From Nemertoderma westbladi (lineage: Eukaryota > Animalia > Xenacoelomorpha): 56,534 nucleotides of DNA. Positions within the stretch are counted from its first letter, which is position 1. Each line of letters opens with the position of its first letter. The translations under genes were made by a program, and so were the position numbers. Positions 11,401 to 26,400 of the stretch are shown here, piece after piece. The stretch is from assembly GCA_032718475.1 (NCBI GenBank), contig JAUCBJ010008539.1, positions 1-56,534 on the forward strand. The letters are read 5' to 3'. The notes below the pieces were generated by a model. That model was not told where the DNA came from, did no database searches, and saw only the letters and a program-made list of their open reading frames with translations.

Positions 11401-14400
11401 CACCCAATCACATTCCGACGCCTCCCAGCCCAGTCAACCAATCACATTCCGACGCCTCCCAGCCCAGTCAACCAATCACATTCCGACGCCTCCCACCCAG
11501 TCAACCAATCACATTCCGACGCCTCCCAGCCCAGTCAACCAATCACATTCCGACGCCTCCCAGCCAACCAATCACATTCCGACGCCTCCCTGCCCAGTCA
11601 CCCAATCACATTCCGACGCCTCCCAGCCCAGTCAACCAATCACATTCCGACGCCTCCCAGTCAACCAATCACATTCCGACGCCTCCCAACCCAGTCAACC
11701 AATCACATTCCGACGCCTCCCAGCCCAGTCAACCAATCACATTCCGACGCCTCCCAGCCAACCAATCACATTCCGACGCCTCCCTGCCCAGTCACCCAAT
11801 CACATTCCGACGCCTCCCAGCCCAGTCAACCAATCACATTCCGACGCCTCCCAGCCCAGTCAACCAATCACATTCCGACGCCTCCCAGCCAACCAATCAC
11901 ATTCCGACGCCTCCCAGCCCAGTCACCCAATCACATTCCGACGCCTCCCAGCCCAGTCAACCAATCACATTCCGACGCCTCCCAGCCAACCAATCACATT
12001 CCGACGCCTCCCTGCCCAGTCACCCAATCACATTCCGACGCCTCCCTGTCAACCAATCATATTCCGACGCCTCCCTGTCAACCAATCACATTCCGACGCC
12101 TCCCAGCCCAGTCAACCGATCACATTCCGAAGCCTCCCAGCCCAGTCAACCAATCACATTCCGACGCCTCCCAGCCCAGTCAACCAGTCACATTCCGATG
12201 CCTCCCAGCCCAGTCAACCAATCACATTCCGACGCCTCCCAGCCCAGTCAACCAATCACATTCCGACGCCTCCCAGCCCAGTCAACCAATCACATTCCGA
12301 CGCCACCCAGCCCAGTCAACCAGTCACATTCCGATGCCTCCCAGCCCAGTCAACCAATCACATTCCGACGCCTCCCAGCCCAGTCAACCAATCACATTCC
12401 GACGCCTCCCAGCCCAGTCAACCAATTACATTCTGACGCCTCCCAGTCAACCAATCACATTCCGACGCCTTCCAGCCCAGTCAACCAATCACATTCCGAC
12501 GCCTCCCAGTCAACCAATCACATTCCGACGCCTCCCAGCCCAGTCAACCAATCACATTCCGACGCCTCCCAGCCCAGTCAACCAATCACATTCCGACGCC
12601 TCCCAGCCCAGTCAACCAATCACATTCCGACGCCTCCCAGTCAACAATCACATTCCGACGCCTCCCAGTCAACCAATCACATTCCGACGCCTTCCAGCCC
12701 AGTCAAACAATCACATTCCGACGCCTCCCAGCCCAGTCAACCAATCACATTCCGACGCCTCCCAGTCAACCAATCACATTCTGACGCCTCCCAGCCCAGT
12801 CAACCAATCACATTCCGACGCCACCCAGCCCAGTCAACCAGTCACATTCCGATGCCTCCCAGCCCAGTCAACCAATCACATTCCGACGCCTCCCAGCCCA
12901 GTCAACCAATCACATTCCGACGCCTCCCAGCCCAGTCAACCAATCACATTCCGATGCCTCCCAACCCAGTCAACCAATCACATTCCGACGCCTCCCAGCC
13001 CAGTCAACCAATCACATTCCGACGCCTCCCAGCCCAGTCAACCAATCACATTCCGACGCCTCCCAGCCCAGTCAACCAATCACATTCCGACGCCTCCCAG
13101 CCCAGTCAACCAATCACATTCCGACGCCTCCCAGCCCAGTCAACCAATCACATTCCGATGCCTCCCAACCCAGTCAACCAATCACATTCCGACGCCTCCC
13201 AGCCCAGTCAACCAATCACATTCCGACGCCTCCCAGCCCAGTCAACCAATCACATTCCGATGCCTCCCAACCCAGTCAACCAATCACATTCCGACGCCTC
13301 CCAGCCCAGTCAACCAATCACATTCCGACGCCTCCCAGCCCAGTCAACCAATCACATTCCGACGCCTCCCAGCCCAGTCAACCAATCACATTCCGACGCC
13401 TCCCAGCCCAGTCAACCAATTACATTCTGACGCCTCCCAGTCAACCAATCACATTCCGACGCCTCCCAGCCCAGTCAACCAATCACATTCCGACGCCACC
13501 CAGCCCAGTCAACCAATCACATTCCGATGCCTCCCAGCCCAGTCAACCAATCACATTCCGACGCCTCCCAGCCCAGTCAACCAATCACATTCCGACGCCT
13601 CCCAGCCCAGTCAACCAATCACATTCCGATGCCTCCCAACCCAGTCAACCAATCACATTCCGACGCCTCCCAGCCCAGTCAACCAATCACATTCCGACGC
13701 CTCCCAACCCAGTCAACCAATCACATTCCGACGCCTCCCAGCCCAGTCAACCAATTACATTCTGACGCCTCCCAGTCAACCAATCACATTCCGACGCCTC
13801 CCAGCCCAGTCAACCAATCACATTCCGACGCCTCCCAGCCCAGTCAACCAGTCACATTCCGATGCCTCCCAGCCCAGTCAACCAATCACATTCCGACGCC
13901 TCCCAGCCCAGTCAACCAATCACATTCCGACGCCTCCCAGCCCAGTCAACCAATCACATTCCGATGCCTCCCAACCCAGTCAACCAATCACATTCCGACG
14001 CCTCCCAGCCCAGTCAACCAATCACATTCCGACGCCTCCCAGCCCAGTCAACCAATCACATTCCGACGCCTCCCAGCCCAGTCAACCAATTACATTCTGA
14101 CGCCTCCCAGTCAACCAATCACATTCCGACGCCTTCCAGCCCAGTCAACCAATCACATTCCGACGCCTCCCAGCCCAGTCAACCAATTACATTCTGACGC
14201 CTCCCAGTCAACCAATCACATTCCGACGCCTCCCTGCCCAGTCACCCAATCACATTCCGACGCCTCCCAGCCCAGTCAACCAATCACATTCCGACGCCTC
14301 CCAGTCAACCAATCACATTCCGACGCCTCCCTGCCCAGTCACCCAATCACATTCCGACGCCTCCCAGCCCAGTCAACCAATCACATTCCGACGCCACCCA

Positions 14401-17400
14401 GCCCAGTCAACCAATCACATTCCGACGCCTCCCAGCCAACCAATCACATTCCGACGCCTTCCAGCCCAGTCAACCAATCACATTCCGACACCTCCCAGTC
14501 CCAGTCAACCAATCACATTCCGACGCCTCCCAGCCCAGTCAACCAATCACATTCCGACGCCTCCCAGCCCAGTCAACCAATCACATTCCGACGCCACCCA
14601 GCCCAGTCAACCAATCACATTCCGACGCCTCCCAGCCAACCAATCACATTCCGACGCCTTCCAGCCCAGTCAACCAATCACATTCCGACGCCTCCCAGTC
14701 AACCAATCACATTCCGACGCCTTCCAGCCCAGTCAACCAATCACATTCCGACGCCTCCCTGCCCAGTCAACCAATCACATTCCGACGCCTCCCAGCCCAG
14801 TCAACCAATCACATTCCGACGCCACCCAGCCCAGTCAACCAATCACATTCCGACGCCTCCCAGCCAACCAATCACATTCCGACGCCTTCCAGCCCAGTCA
14901 ACCAATCACATTCCGACACCTCCCAGTCCCGTCAACCAATCACATTCCGACGCCTCCCTGCCCAGTCAACCAATCACATTCCGACGCCACCCAGCCCAGT
15001 CAACCAATCACATTCCGACGCCTCCCAGCCCAGTCAACCAATCACATTCCGACGCCTCCCAGCCCAGTCAACCAATCACATTCCGACGCCTCCCAGTCAA
15101 CCAATCACATTCCGACGCCTCCCTGCCCAGTCAACCAATCACATTCCGACGCCTCCCAGCCCAGTCAACCAATCACATTCCGACGCCACCCAGCCCAGTC
15201 AACCAATCACATTCCGACGCCTCCCAGCCAACCAATCACATTCCGACGCCTTCCAGCCCAGTCAACCAATCACATTCCGACACCTCCCAGTCCCGTCAAC
15301 CAATCACATTCCGACGCCTCCCTGCCCAGTCAACCAATCACATTCCGACGCCACCCAGCCCAGTCAACCAATCACATTCCGACGCCTCCCTGCCCAGTCA
15401 ACCAATCACATTCCGACGCCTCCCAGCCCAGTCAACCAATTACATTCTGACACCTCCCAGTCCCGTCAACCAATCACATTCCGACGCCTCCCTGCCCAGT
15501 CAACCAATCACATTCCGACGCCACCCAGCCCAGTCAACCAATCACATTCCGACGCCTCCCAGCCCAGTCAACCAATCACATTCCGACGCCACCCAGCCCA
15601 GTCAACCAATCACATTCCGACGCCTCCCAGCCAACCAATCACATTCCGACGCCTCCCAGCCAACCAATCACATTCCGACGCCTTCCAGCCCAGTCAACCA
15701 ATCACATTCCGACACCTCCCAGTCCCGTCAACCAATCACATTCCGACGCCTCCCTGCCCAGTCAACCAATCACATTCCGACGCCACCCAGCCCAGTCAAC
15801 CAATCACATTCCGACGCCTCCCTGCCCAGTCAACCAATCACATTCCGACGCCTCCCAGCCCAGTCAACCAATTACATTCTGACACCTCCCAGTCCCGTCA
15901 ACCAATCACATTCCGACGCCTCCCTGCCCAGTCAACCAATCACATTCCGACGCCACCCAGCCCAGTCAACCAATCACATTCCGACGCCTCCCAGCCCAGT
16001 CAACCAATCACATTCCGACGCCACCCAGCCCAGTCAACCAATCACATTCCGACGCCTCCCAGCCAACCAATCACATTCCGACGCCTTCCAGCCCAGTCAA
16101 CCAATCACATTCCGACACCTCCCAGTCCCGTCAACCAATCACATTCCGACGCCTCCCTGCCCAGTCAACCAATCACATTCCGACGCCACCCAGCCCAGTC
16201 AACCAATCACATTCCGACGCCTCCCAGCCCAGTCAACCAATCACATTCCGACGCCTCCCAGCCCAGTCAACCAATCACATTCCGACGCCTCCCTGCCCAG
16301 TCAACCAATCACATTCCGACGCCTCCCAGCCCAGTCAACCAATCACATTCCGACGCCTCCCTGCCCAGTCAACCAATCACATTCCGACGCCACCCAGCCC
16401 AGTCAACCAATCACATTCCGACGCCTCCCAGCCCAGTCAACCAATCACATTCCGACGCCACCCAGCCCAGTCAACCAATCACATTCCGACGCCTCCCAGC
16501 CAACCAATCACATTCCGACGCCTTCCAGCCCAGTCAACCAATCACATTCCGACACCTCCCAGTCCCGTCAACCAATCACATTCCGACGCCTCCCTGCCCA
16601 GTCAACCAATCACATTCCGACGCCACCCAGCCCAGTCAACCAATCACATTCCGACGCCTCCCAGCCCAGTCAACCAATCACATTCCGACGCCTCCCAGCC
16701 CAGTCAACCAATCACATTCCGACGCCTCCCTGCCCAGTCAACCAATCACATTCCGACGCCTTCCAGCCCAGTCAACCAATCACATTCCGACGCCTCCCAG
16801 TCAACCAATCACATTCCGACGCCTCCCTGCCCAGTCAACCAATCACATTCCGACGCCTCCCAGCCCAGTCAACCAATCACATTCCGACGCCACCCAGCCC
16901 AGTCAACCAATCACATTCCGACGCCTCCCAGCCAACCAATCACATTCCGACGCCTTCCAGCCCAGTCAACCAATCACATTCCGACACCTCCCAGTCCCGT
17001 CAACCAATCACATTCCGACGCCTCCCTGCCCAGTCAACCAATCACATTCCGACGCCACCCAGCCCAGTCAACCAATCACATTCCGACGCCTTCCAGCCCA
17101 GTCAACCAATCACATTCCGACACCTCCCAGTCCCGTCAACCAATCACATTCCGACGCCTCCCTGCCCAGTCAACCAATCACATTCCGACGCCTCCCAGCC
17201 CAGTCAAACAATCACATTCCGACGCCTCCCAGTCAACAATCACATTCCGACGCCTCCCAGCCCAGTCAACCAATCACATTCCGACGCCACCCAGCCCAGT
17301 CAACCAATCACATTCCGACGCCTCCCTGCCCAGTCAACCAATCACATTCCGATGCCTCCCAGCCCAGTCAACCAATCACATTCCGACGCCTCCCAGCCAA

Positions 17401-20400
17401 CCAATCACATTCCGACGCCTCCCAGCCCAGTCACCCAATCACATTCCGACGCCTCCCAGCCCAGTCAACCTATCACATTCCGACGCCTCCCAGCCCAGTC
17501 AACCAATCACATTCCGACGCCTCCCAGCCCAGTCAACCAATCACATTCCGACGCCTCCCAGCCCAGCCAACCAATCACATTCCGACGCCTCCCTGCCCAG
17601 TCACCCAATCACATTCCGACGCCTCCCTGTCAACCAATCATATTCCGACGCCTCCCTGTCAACCAATCACATTCCGACGCCTCCCAGCCCAGTCAACCGA
17701 TCACATTCCGAAGCCTCCCAGCCCAGTCAACCAATCACATTCCGACGCCTCCCAGCCCAGTCAACCAATCACATTCCGACGCCACCCAGCCCAGTCAACC
17801 AGTCACATTCCGATGCCTCCCAGCCCAGTCAACCAATCACATTCCGACGCCTCCCAGCCCAGTCAACCAATCACATTCCGACGCCTCCCAGCCCAGTCAA
17901 CCAATTACATTTTGAGGCCTCCCAGTCAACCAATCACATTCCGACGCCTTCCAGCCCAGTCAACCAATCACATTCCGACGCCTCCCAGCCCAGTCAACCA
18001 ATTACATTCTGACGCCTCCCAGTCAACCAATCACATTCCGACGCCTTCCAGCCCAGTCAACCAATCACATTCCGACGCCTCCCTGCCCAGTCACCCAATC
18101 ACATTCCGACGCCTCCCAGCCCAGTCAACCAATCACATTCCGACGCCTCCCAGTCAACCAATCACATTCCGACGCCTCCCTGCCCAGTCACCCAATCACA
18201 TTCCGACGCCTCCCAGCCCAGTCAACCAATCACATTCCGACGCCTCCCAGCCAACCAATCACATTCCGACGCCTTCCAGCCCAGTCAACCAATCACATTC
18301 CGACACCTCCCAGTCCCGTCAACCAATCACATTCCGACGCCTCCCAGCCCCGTCAACCAATCACATTCCGGCGCCTCCCAGCCCAGTCAACCAATCACAT
18401 TCCGACGCCACCCAGCCCAGTCAACCAATCACATTCCGACGCCTCCCAGCCAACCAATCACATTCCGACGCCTTCCAGCCCAGTCAACCAATCACATTCC
18501 GACACCTCCCAGTCCCGTCAACCAATCACATTCCGACGCCTCCCAGCCCCGTCAACCAATCACATTCCGGCGCCTCCCAGCCCAGTCAACCAATCACATT
18601 CCGACGCCTCCCAGTCAACCAATCACATTCCGACGCCTCCCAGCCCAGTCAACCAATCACATTCCGACGCCTCCCAGCCCAGTCAACCAATCACATTCTG
18701 ACGCCTCCCAGTCAACCAATTACATTCCGATGCCTCCCAGTCAACCAATCACATTCTGATGCCTCCCTGTCAACCAATCACATTCCGACGCCTCCCAGCC
18801 CAGTCAACCAATCACATTCCGACGCCTCCCTGTCAACCAATCATATTCCGACGCCTCCCTGTCAACCAATCACATTCTGACGCCTCCCAGCCCAGTCAAC
18901 CAATCACATTCCGACGCCTCCCAGCCCAGTCAACCAATCACATTCTGACGCCTCCCAGTCAACCAATTACATTCCGATGCCTCCCAGTCAACCAATCACA
19001 TTCTGATGCCTCCCTGTCAACCAATCACATTCCGACGCCTCCCAGCCCAGTCAACCAATCACATTCCGACGCCTCCCTGTCAACCAAACATATTCCGACG
19101 CCTCCCTGTCAACCAATCACATTCTGATGCCTCCCAGTCCAGTCAACCAATCACATTCCGACGCCTCCCTGTCAACCAATCACATTCCGACGCCTCCCAG
19201 TCAACCAATTACATTCCGACGCCTCCCAGCCCACTCAACCAATCACATTCCGACGCCTCCCAGTCAACCAATCACATTCCGACGCCTCCCAGCCCAGTCA
19301 ACCAATCACATTCCGACGCCTCCCAGCCCAGTCAACCAATCACATTCCGACGCCTCCCAGCCCAGTCAACCAATCACATTCCGACGCCTCCCAGTCAACC
19401 AATCACATTCTGACGCCTCCCAGCCCAGTCAACCAATCACATTCCGACGCCTCCCAGCCCAGTCAACCAATCACATTCCGACGCCTCCCAGTCAATGATC
19501 ACATTCTGACGCCTTCCAACCCAGTCAACCGATCACATTCCGACGCCTCCCAGCCCAGTCAACTGATCACATTCCGACGCCTCCCAGCCCAGTCAACCAA
19601 TCACATTCCGACTCCTCCCAGTCAACCAATCACATTCCGACGCCTCCCAGCCCAGTCAAACAATCACATTCCGACGCCTCCCAGCCCAGTCAACCAATCA
19701 CATTCTGACGCCTCCCAGTCAACCGATCACATTCCGACGCCTCCCAGCCCAGTCAACCAATCACATTCCGACGCCTCCCAGCCCAGTCAACCAATCACAT
19801 TCCGACACCTCCCAGCCCAGTCAACCAATCACATTCTGACGCCTCCCAGCCCACTCAACCAATCACATTCCGACGCCTCCCAGTCAACCAATCACATTCC
19901 GATGCCTCCCAGCCCAGTCAACCAATCACATTCCGACGCCTCCCAGCCCAGTCAACCAATCACATTCTGACGCCTCCCAGCCCAGTCAACCAATCACATT
20001 CCGACGCCTCCCAGCCCAGTCAACCAATCACATTCCGACGCCTCCCAGTCAACCGATCACATTCCGACGCCTCCCAGCCCAGTCAACCAATCACATTCCG
20101 ACGCCTCCCAGCCCAGTCAACCAATCACATCCCGACACCTCCCAGCCCAGTCAACCAATCACATTCTGACGCCTCCCAGCCCACTCAACCAATCACATTC
20201 CGACGCCTCCCAGTCAACCAATCACATTCCGATGCCTCCCAGCCCTGTCAACCAATCACATTCCGACGCCTCCCAGCCCAGTCAACCAATCACATTCTGA
20301 CGCCTCCCAGCCCAGTCAACCAATCACATTCCGACGCCTCCCAGCCCAGTCAACCAATCACATTCCGACGCCTCCCAGTCAACCAATCACATTCCGACGC

Positions 20401-23400
20401 CTCCCAGCCCAGTCAACCAATCACATTCCGACGCCTCCCAGCCCAGTCAACCAATCACATTCCAACGCCTCCCAGTCAACCAATCACATTCTGACGCCTC
20501 CCAGCCCAGTCAACCAATCACATTCCGACGCCTCCCAGCCCAGTCAACCAATCACATTCCGACGCCTCCCAGTCAACCAATCACATTCCGATGCCTCCCA
20601 GCCCAGTCAGCCAATCACATTCCGACGCCTCCCAGCCCAGTCAACCAATCACATTCCAACGCCTCCCAGTCAACCAATCACATTCCGACGCCACCCAGCC
20701 CAGTCAACCAATCACATTCCGACGCCTCCCAGCCCAGTCAACCAATCACATTCCGACGCCTCCCAGCCCAGTCAACCAATCACATTCCGACGCCTCCCAG
20801 TCAATCAATCACATTCCGACGCCTTCCAGCCCAGTCAACCAATCACATTCCGACGCCTCCCAGCCCAGTCAACCAATCACATTCCGACGCCTCCCAGCCC
20901 AGTCAACCAATCACATTCCGACGCCTCCCAGCCCAGTCAACCAATCACATTCCGACGCCTCCCAGCCCAGTCAACCAATCACATTCCGACGCCTCCCAGT
21001 CAATCAATCACATTCCGACGCCTTCCAGCCCAGTCAACCAATCACATTCCGACGCCTCCCAGCCCAGTCAACCAATCACATTCCGACGCCTCCCAGCCCA
21101 GTCAACCAATCACATTCCGACGCCTCCCAGCCCAGTCAACCAATCACATTCCGACGCCTCCCAGCCAACCAATCACATTCCGACGCCTCCCAGCCCAGTC
21201 AACCAATCACATTCCGACGTCTCCCAGCCCAGTAAACCAATCACATTCCGACGCCTCCCAGCCAACCAATCACATTCCGACTCCTCCCAGCCCAGTCAAC
21301 CAATCACATTCCGACGCCTCCCTGCCCAGTCACCCAATCACATTCCGACGCCTCCCAGCCCAGTCAACCAATCACATTCCGACGCCACCCAGCCCAGTCA
21401 ACCAATCACATTCCGACGCCTCCCAGCCAACCAATCACATTCCGACTCCTCCCAGCCCAGTCAACCAATCACATTCCGACGCCTCCCAGCCCATTCAACC
21501 AATCACATTCCGACGCCTCCCAGCCAACCAATCACATTCCGACGCCTTCCAGCCCAGTCAACCAATCACATTCCGACACCTCCCAGTCCCGTCAACCAAT
21601 CACATTCCGACGCCTCCCAGCCCAGTCAACCAATCACATTCCGGCGCCTCCCAGCCCAGTCAACCAATCACATTCTGACGCCTCCCAGTCAACCAATTAC
21701 ATTCCGACGCCTCCCAGTCAACCAATCACATTCTGATGCCTCCCTGTCAACCAATCACATTCCGACGCCTCCCAGCCCAGTCAACCAATCACATTCCGAC
21801 GCCTCCCTGTCAACCAATCATATTCCGACGCCTCCCTGTCAACCAATCACATTCTGATGCCTCCCAGTCCAGTCAACCAATCACATTCCGACGCCTCCCT
21901 GTCAACCAATCACATTCCGACGCCTCCCAGTCAACCAATTACATTCCGACGCCTCCCAGCCCACTCAACCAATCACATTCCGACGCCTCCCAGTCAACCA
22001 ATCACATTCCGACGCCTCCCAGCCCAGTCAACCAATCACATTCTGACGCCTCCCAGCCCAGTCAACCAATCACATTCCGACGCCTCCCAGCCCGGTCAAC
22101 CAATCACATTCCAACGCCTCCCAGTCAACCAATCACATTCCGACGCCACCCAGCCCAGTCAACCAATCACATTCCGACGCCTCCCAGCCCAGTCAACCAA
22201 TCACATTCCGACGCCTCCCAGCCCAGTCAACCAATCACATTCCGACGCCTCCCAGTCAATCAATCACATTCCGACGCCTTCCAGCCCAGTCAACCAATCA
22301 CATTCCGACGCCTCCCAGCCCAGTCAACCAATCACATTCCGATGCCTCCCAGTCAATCGATCACATTCTGACGCCTTCCAACCCAGTCAACTGATCACAT
22401 TCCGACGCCTCCCAGCCCAGTCAACCAATCACATTCCGACGCCTCCCAGCCCAGTCAACCAATCACATTCCGACGCCTCCCAGCCCAGTCAACCAATCAC
22501 ATTCCGACGCCTCCCAGCCCAGTCAACCAATCACATTCCGACGCCTCCCAGTCAACCAATCACATTCCGACGCCTCCCAGCCCAGTCAAACGATCACATT
22601 CCGACGCCACCCAGCCCAGTCAACCAATCACATTCTGACGCCTCCCAGCCCAGTCAACCAATCACATTCCGACGCCTCCCAGCCCAGTCAACCAATCACA
22701 TTCTGACGCCTCCCAGCCCAGTCAACCAATCACATTCCGACGCCTCCCAGCCCAGTCAACCAATCACATTCTGACGCCTCCCAGCCCAGTCAACCAATCA
22801 CATTCCGACGCCTCCCAGCCCAGTCAACCAATCACATTCCGATGCCTCCCAGCCCAGTCAACCAATCACATTCCGACGCCTCCCAGCCCAGTCAACCAAT
22901 CACATTCCGACGCCTCCCAGCCCAGTCAACCAATCACATTCCGACGCCTCCCAGCCCAGTAAACCAATCACATTCCGACGCCACCCAGCCCAGTCAACCA
23001 ATCACATTCCGACGCCTCCCAGCCAACCAATCACATTCCGACTCCTCCCAGCCCAGCCAACCAATCACATTCCGACGCCTTCCAGCCCAGTCAACCAATC
23101 ACATTCCGACACCTCCCAGTCAACCAATCACATTCCGATGCCTCCCAGCCCAGTCAACCAATCACATTCCGACGCCTCCCAGCCCAGTCAACCAATCACA
23201 TTCTGACGCCTCCCAGCCCAGTCAACCAATCACATTCCGACGCCTCCCAGCCCAGTCAACCAATCACATTCCGACGCCTCCCAGCCCAGTCAACCAATCA
23301 CATTCTGACGCCTCCCAGCCCAGTCAACCAATCACATTCCGACGCCACCCAGCCCAGTCAACCAATCACATTCCGACGCCTCCCAGCCAACCAATCACAT

Positions 23401-26400
23401 TCCGACGCCTTCCAGCCCAGTCAACCAATCACATTCCGACACCTCCCAGTCAACCAATCACATTCCGATGCCTCCCAGCCCAGTCAACCAATCACATTCC
23501 GACGCCTCCCAGCCCAGTCAACCAATCACATTCTGACGCCTCCCAACCCAGTCAACCAATCACATTCCGACGCCTTCCAGCCCAGTCAACCAATCACATT
23601 CCGACACCTCCCAGTCAACCAATCACATTCCGATGCCTCCCAGCCCAGTCAACCAATCACATTCCGATGCCTCCCAGCCCAGTCAACCAATCACATTCCG
23701 ACGCCTCCCAGCCCAGTCAACCAATCACATTCCGACGCCTCCCAGCCCAGTCAACCAATCACATTCCGATGCCTCCCAGCCCAGTCAACCAATCACATTC
23801 CGACGCCTCCCAGCCCAGTCAACCAATCACATTCCGACGCCTCCCAGCCCAGTCAACCAATCACATTCCGATGCCTCCCAGCCCAGTCAACCAATCACAT
23901 TCCGACGCCTCCCAGCCCAGTCAACCAATCACATTCCGACGCCTCCCAGCCCAGTCAACCAATCACATTCCGACGCCTCCCAGCCCAGTCAACCAATCAC
24001 ATTCCGACGCCACCCAGCCCAGTCAACCAATCACATTCCGACGCCTCCCAGCCAACCAATCACATTCCGACTCCTCCCAGCCCAGTCAACCAATCACATT
24101 CCGACGCCTCCCAGCCCATTCAACCAATCACATTCCGACGCCTCCCAGCCAACCAATCACATTCCGACGCCTTCCAGCCCAGTCAACCAATCACATTCCG
24201 ACGCCTCCCAGCCCATTCAACCAATCACATTCCGACGCCTCCCAGCCAACCAATCACATTCCGACTCCTCCCAGCCCAGTCAACCAATCACATTCCGACG
24301 CCTCCCAGCCCATTCAACCAATCACATTCCGACGCCTCCCAGTCAACCAATTACATTCCGACGCCTCCCAGCCCACTCAACCAATCACATTCCGACGCCT
24401 CCCAGTCAACCAATCACATTCCGACGCCTCCCAGCCCAGTCAACCAATCACATTCCGACGCCTCCCAGCCCAGTCAACCAATCACATTCCGACGCCTCCC
24501 AGCCCAGTCAACCAATCACATTCCGACGCCTCCCAGTCAACCAATCACATTCCGACGCCTCCCAGCCCAGTCAAACGATCACATTCCGACGCCACCCAGC
24601 CCAGTCAACCAATCACATTCTGACGCCACCCAGCCCAGTCAACCAATCACATTCTGACGCCTCCCAGCCCAGTCAACCAATCACATTCCGACGCCTCCCA
24701 GCCCAGTCAACCAATCACATTCTGACGCCTCCCAGCCCAGTCAACCAATCACATTCCGACGCCTCCCAGCCCAGTCAACCAATCACATTCTGACGCCTCC
24801 CAGCCCAGTCAACCAATCACATTCCGACGCCTCCCAGCCCAGTCAACCAATCACATTCCGATGCCTCCCAGCCCAGTCAACCAATCACATTCCGACGCCT
24901 CCCAGCCCAGTCAACCAATCACATTCCGACGCCTCCCAGCCCAGTCAACCAATCACATTCCGACGCCTCCCAGCCCAGTAAACCAATCACATTCCGACGC
25001 CACCCAGCCCAGTCAACCAATCACATTCCGACGCCTCCCAGCCAACCAATCACATTCCGACTCCTCCCAGCCCAGCCAACCAATCACATTCCGACGCCTT
25101 CCAGCCCAGTCAACCAATCACATTCCGACACCTCCCAGTCAACCAATCACATTCCGATGCCTCCCAGCCCAGTCAACCAATCACATTCCGACGCCTCCCA
25201 GCCCAGTCAACCAATCACATTCTGACGCCTCCCAGCCCAGTCAACCAATCACATTCCGACGCCTCCCAGCCCAGTCAACCAATCACATTCCGACGCCTCC
25301 CAGCCCAGTCAACCAATCACATTCTGACGCCTCCCAGCCCAGTCAACCAATCACATTCCGACGCCACCCAGCCCAGTCAACCAATCACATTCCGACGCCT
25401 CCCAGCCAACCAATCACATTCCGACGCCTTCCAGCCCAGTCAACCAATCACATTCCGACACCTCCCAGTCAACCAATCACATTCCGATGCCTCCCAGCCC
25501 AGTCAACCAATCACATTCCGACGCCTCCCAGCCCAGTCAACCAATCACATTCTGACGCCTCCCAACCCAGTCAACCAATCACATTCCGACGCCTTCCAGC
25601 CCAGTCAACCAATCACATTCCGACACCTCCCAGTCAACCAATCACATTCCGATGCCTCCCAGCCCAGTCAACCAATCACATTCCGATGCCTCCCAGCCCA
25701 GTCAACCAATCACATTCCGACGCCTCCCAGCCCAGTCAACCAATCACATTCCGACGCCTCCCAGCCCAGTCAACCAATCACATTCCGATGCCTCCCAGCC
25801 CAGTCAACCAATCACATTCCGACGCCTCCCAGCCCAGTCAACCAATCACATTCCGACGCCTCCCAGCCCAGTCAACCAATCACATTCCGATGCCTCCCAG
25901 CCCAGTCAACCAATCACATTCCGACGCCTCCCAGCCCAGTCAACCAATCACATTCCGACGCCTCCCAGCCCAGTCAACCAATCACATTCCGACGCCTCCC
26001 AGCCCAGTCAACCAATCACATTCCGACGCCACCCAGCCCAGTCAACCAATCACATTCCGACGCCTCCCAGCCAACCAATCACATTCCGACTCCTCCCAGC
26101 CCAGTCAACCAATCACATTCCGACGCCTCCCAGCCCATTCAACCAATCACATTCCGACGCCTCCCAGCCAACCAATCACATTCCGACGCCTTCCAGCCCA
26201 GTCAACCAATCACATTCCGACGCCTCCCAGCCCATTCAACCAATCACATTCCGACGCCTCCCAGCCAACCAATCACATTCCGACTCCTCCCAGCCCAGTC
26301 AACCAATCACATTCCGACGCCTCCCAGCCCATTCAACCAATCACATTCCGACGCCTCCCAGTCAACCAATTACATTCCGACGCCTCCCAGCCCACTCAAC

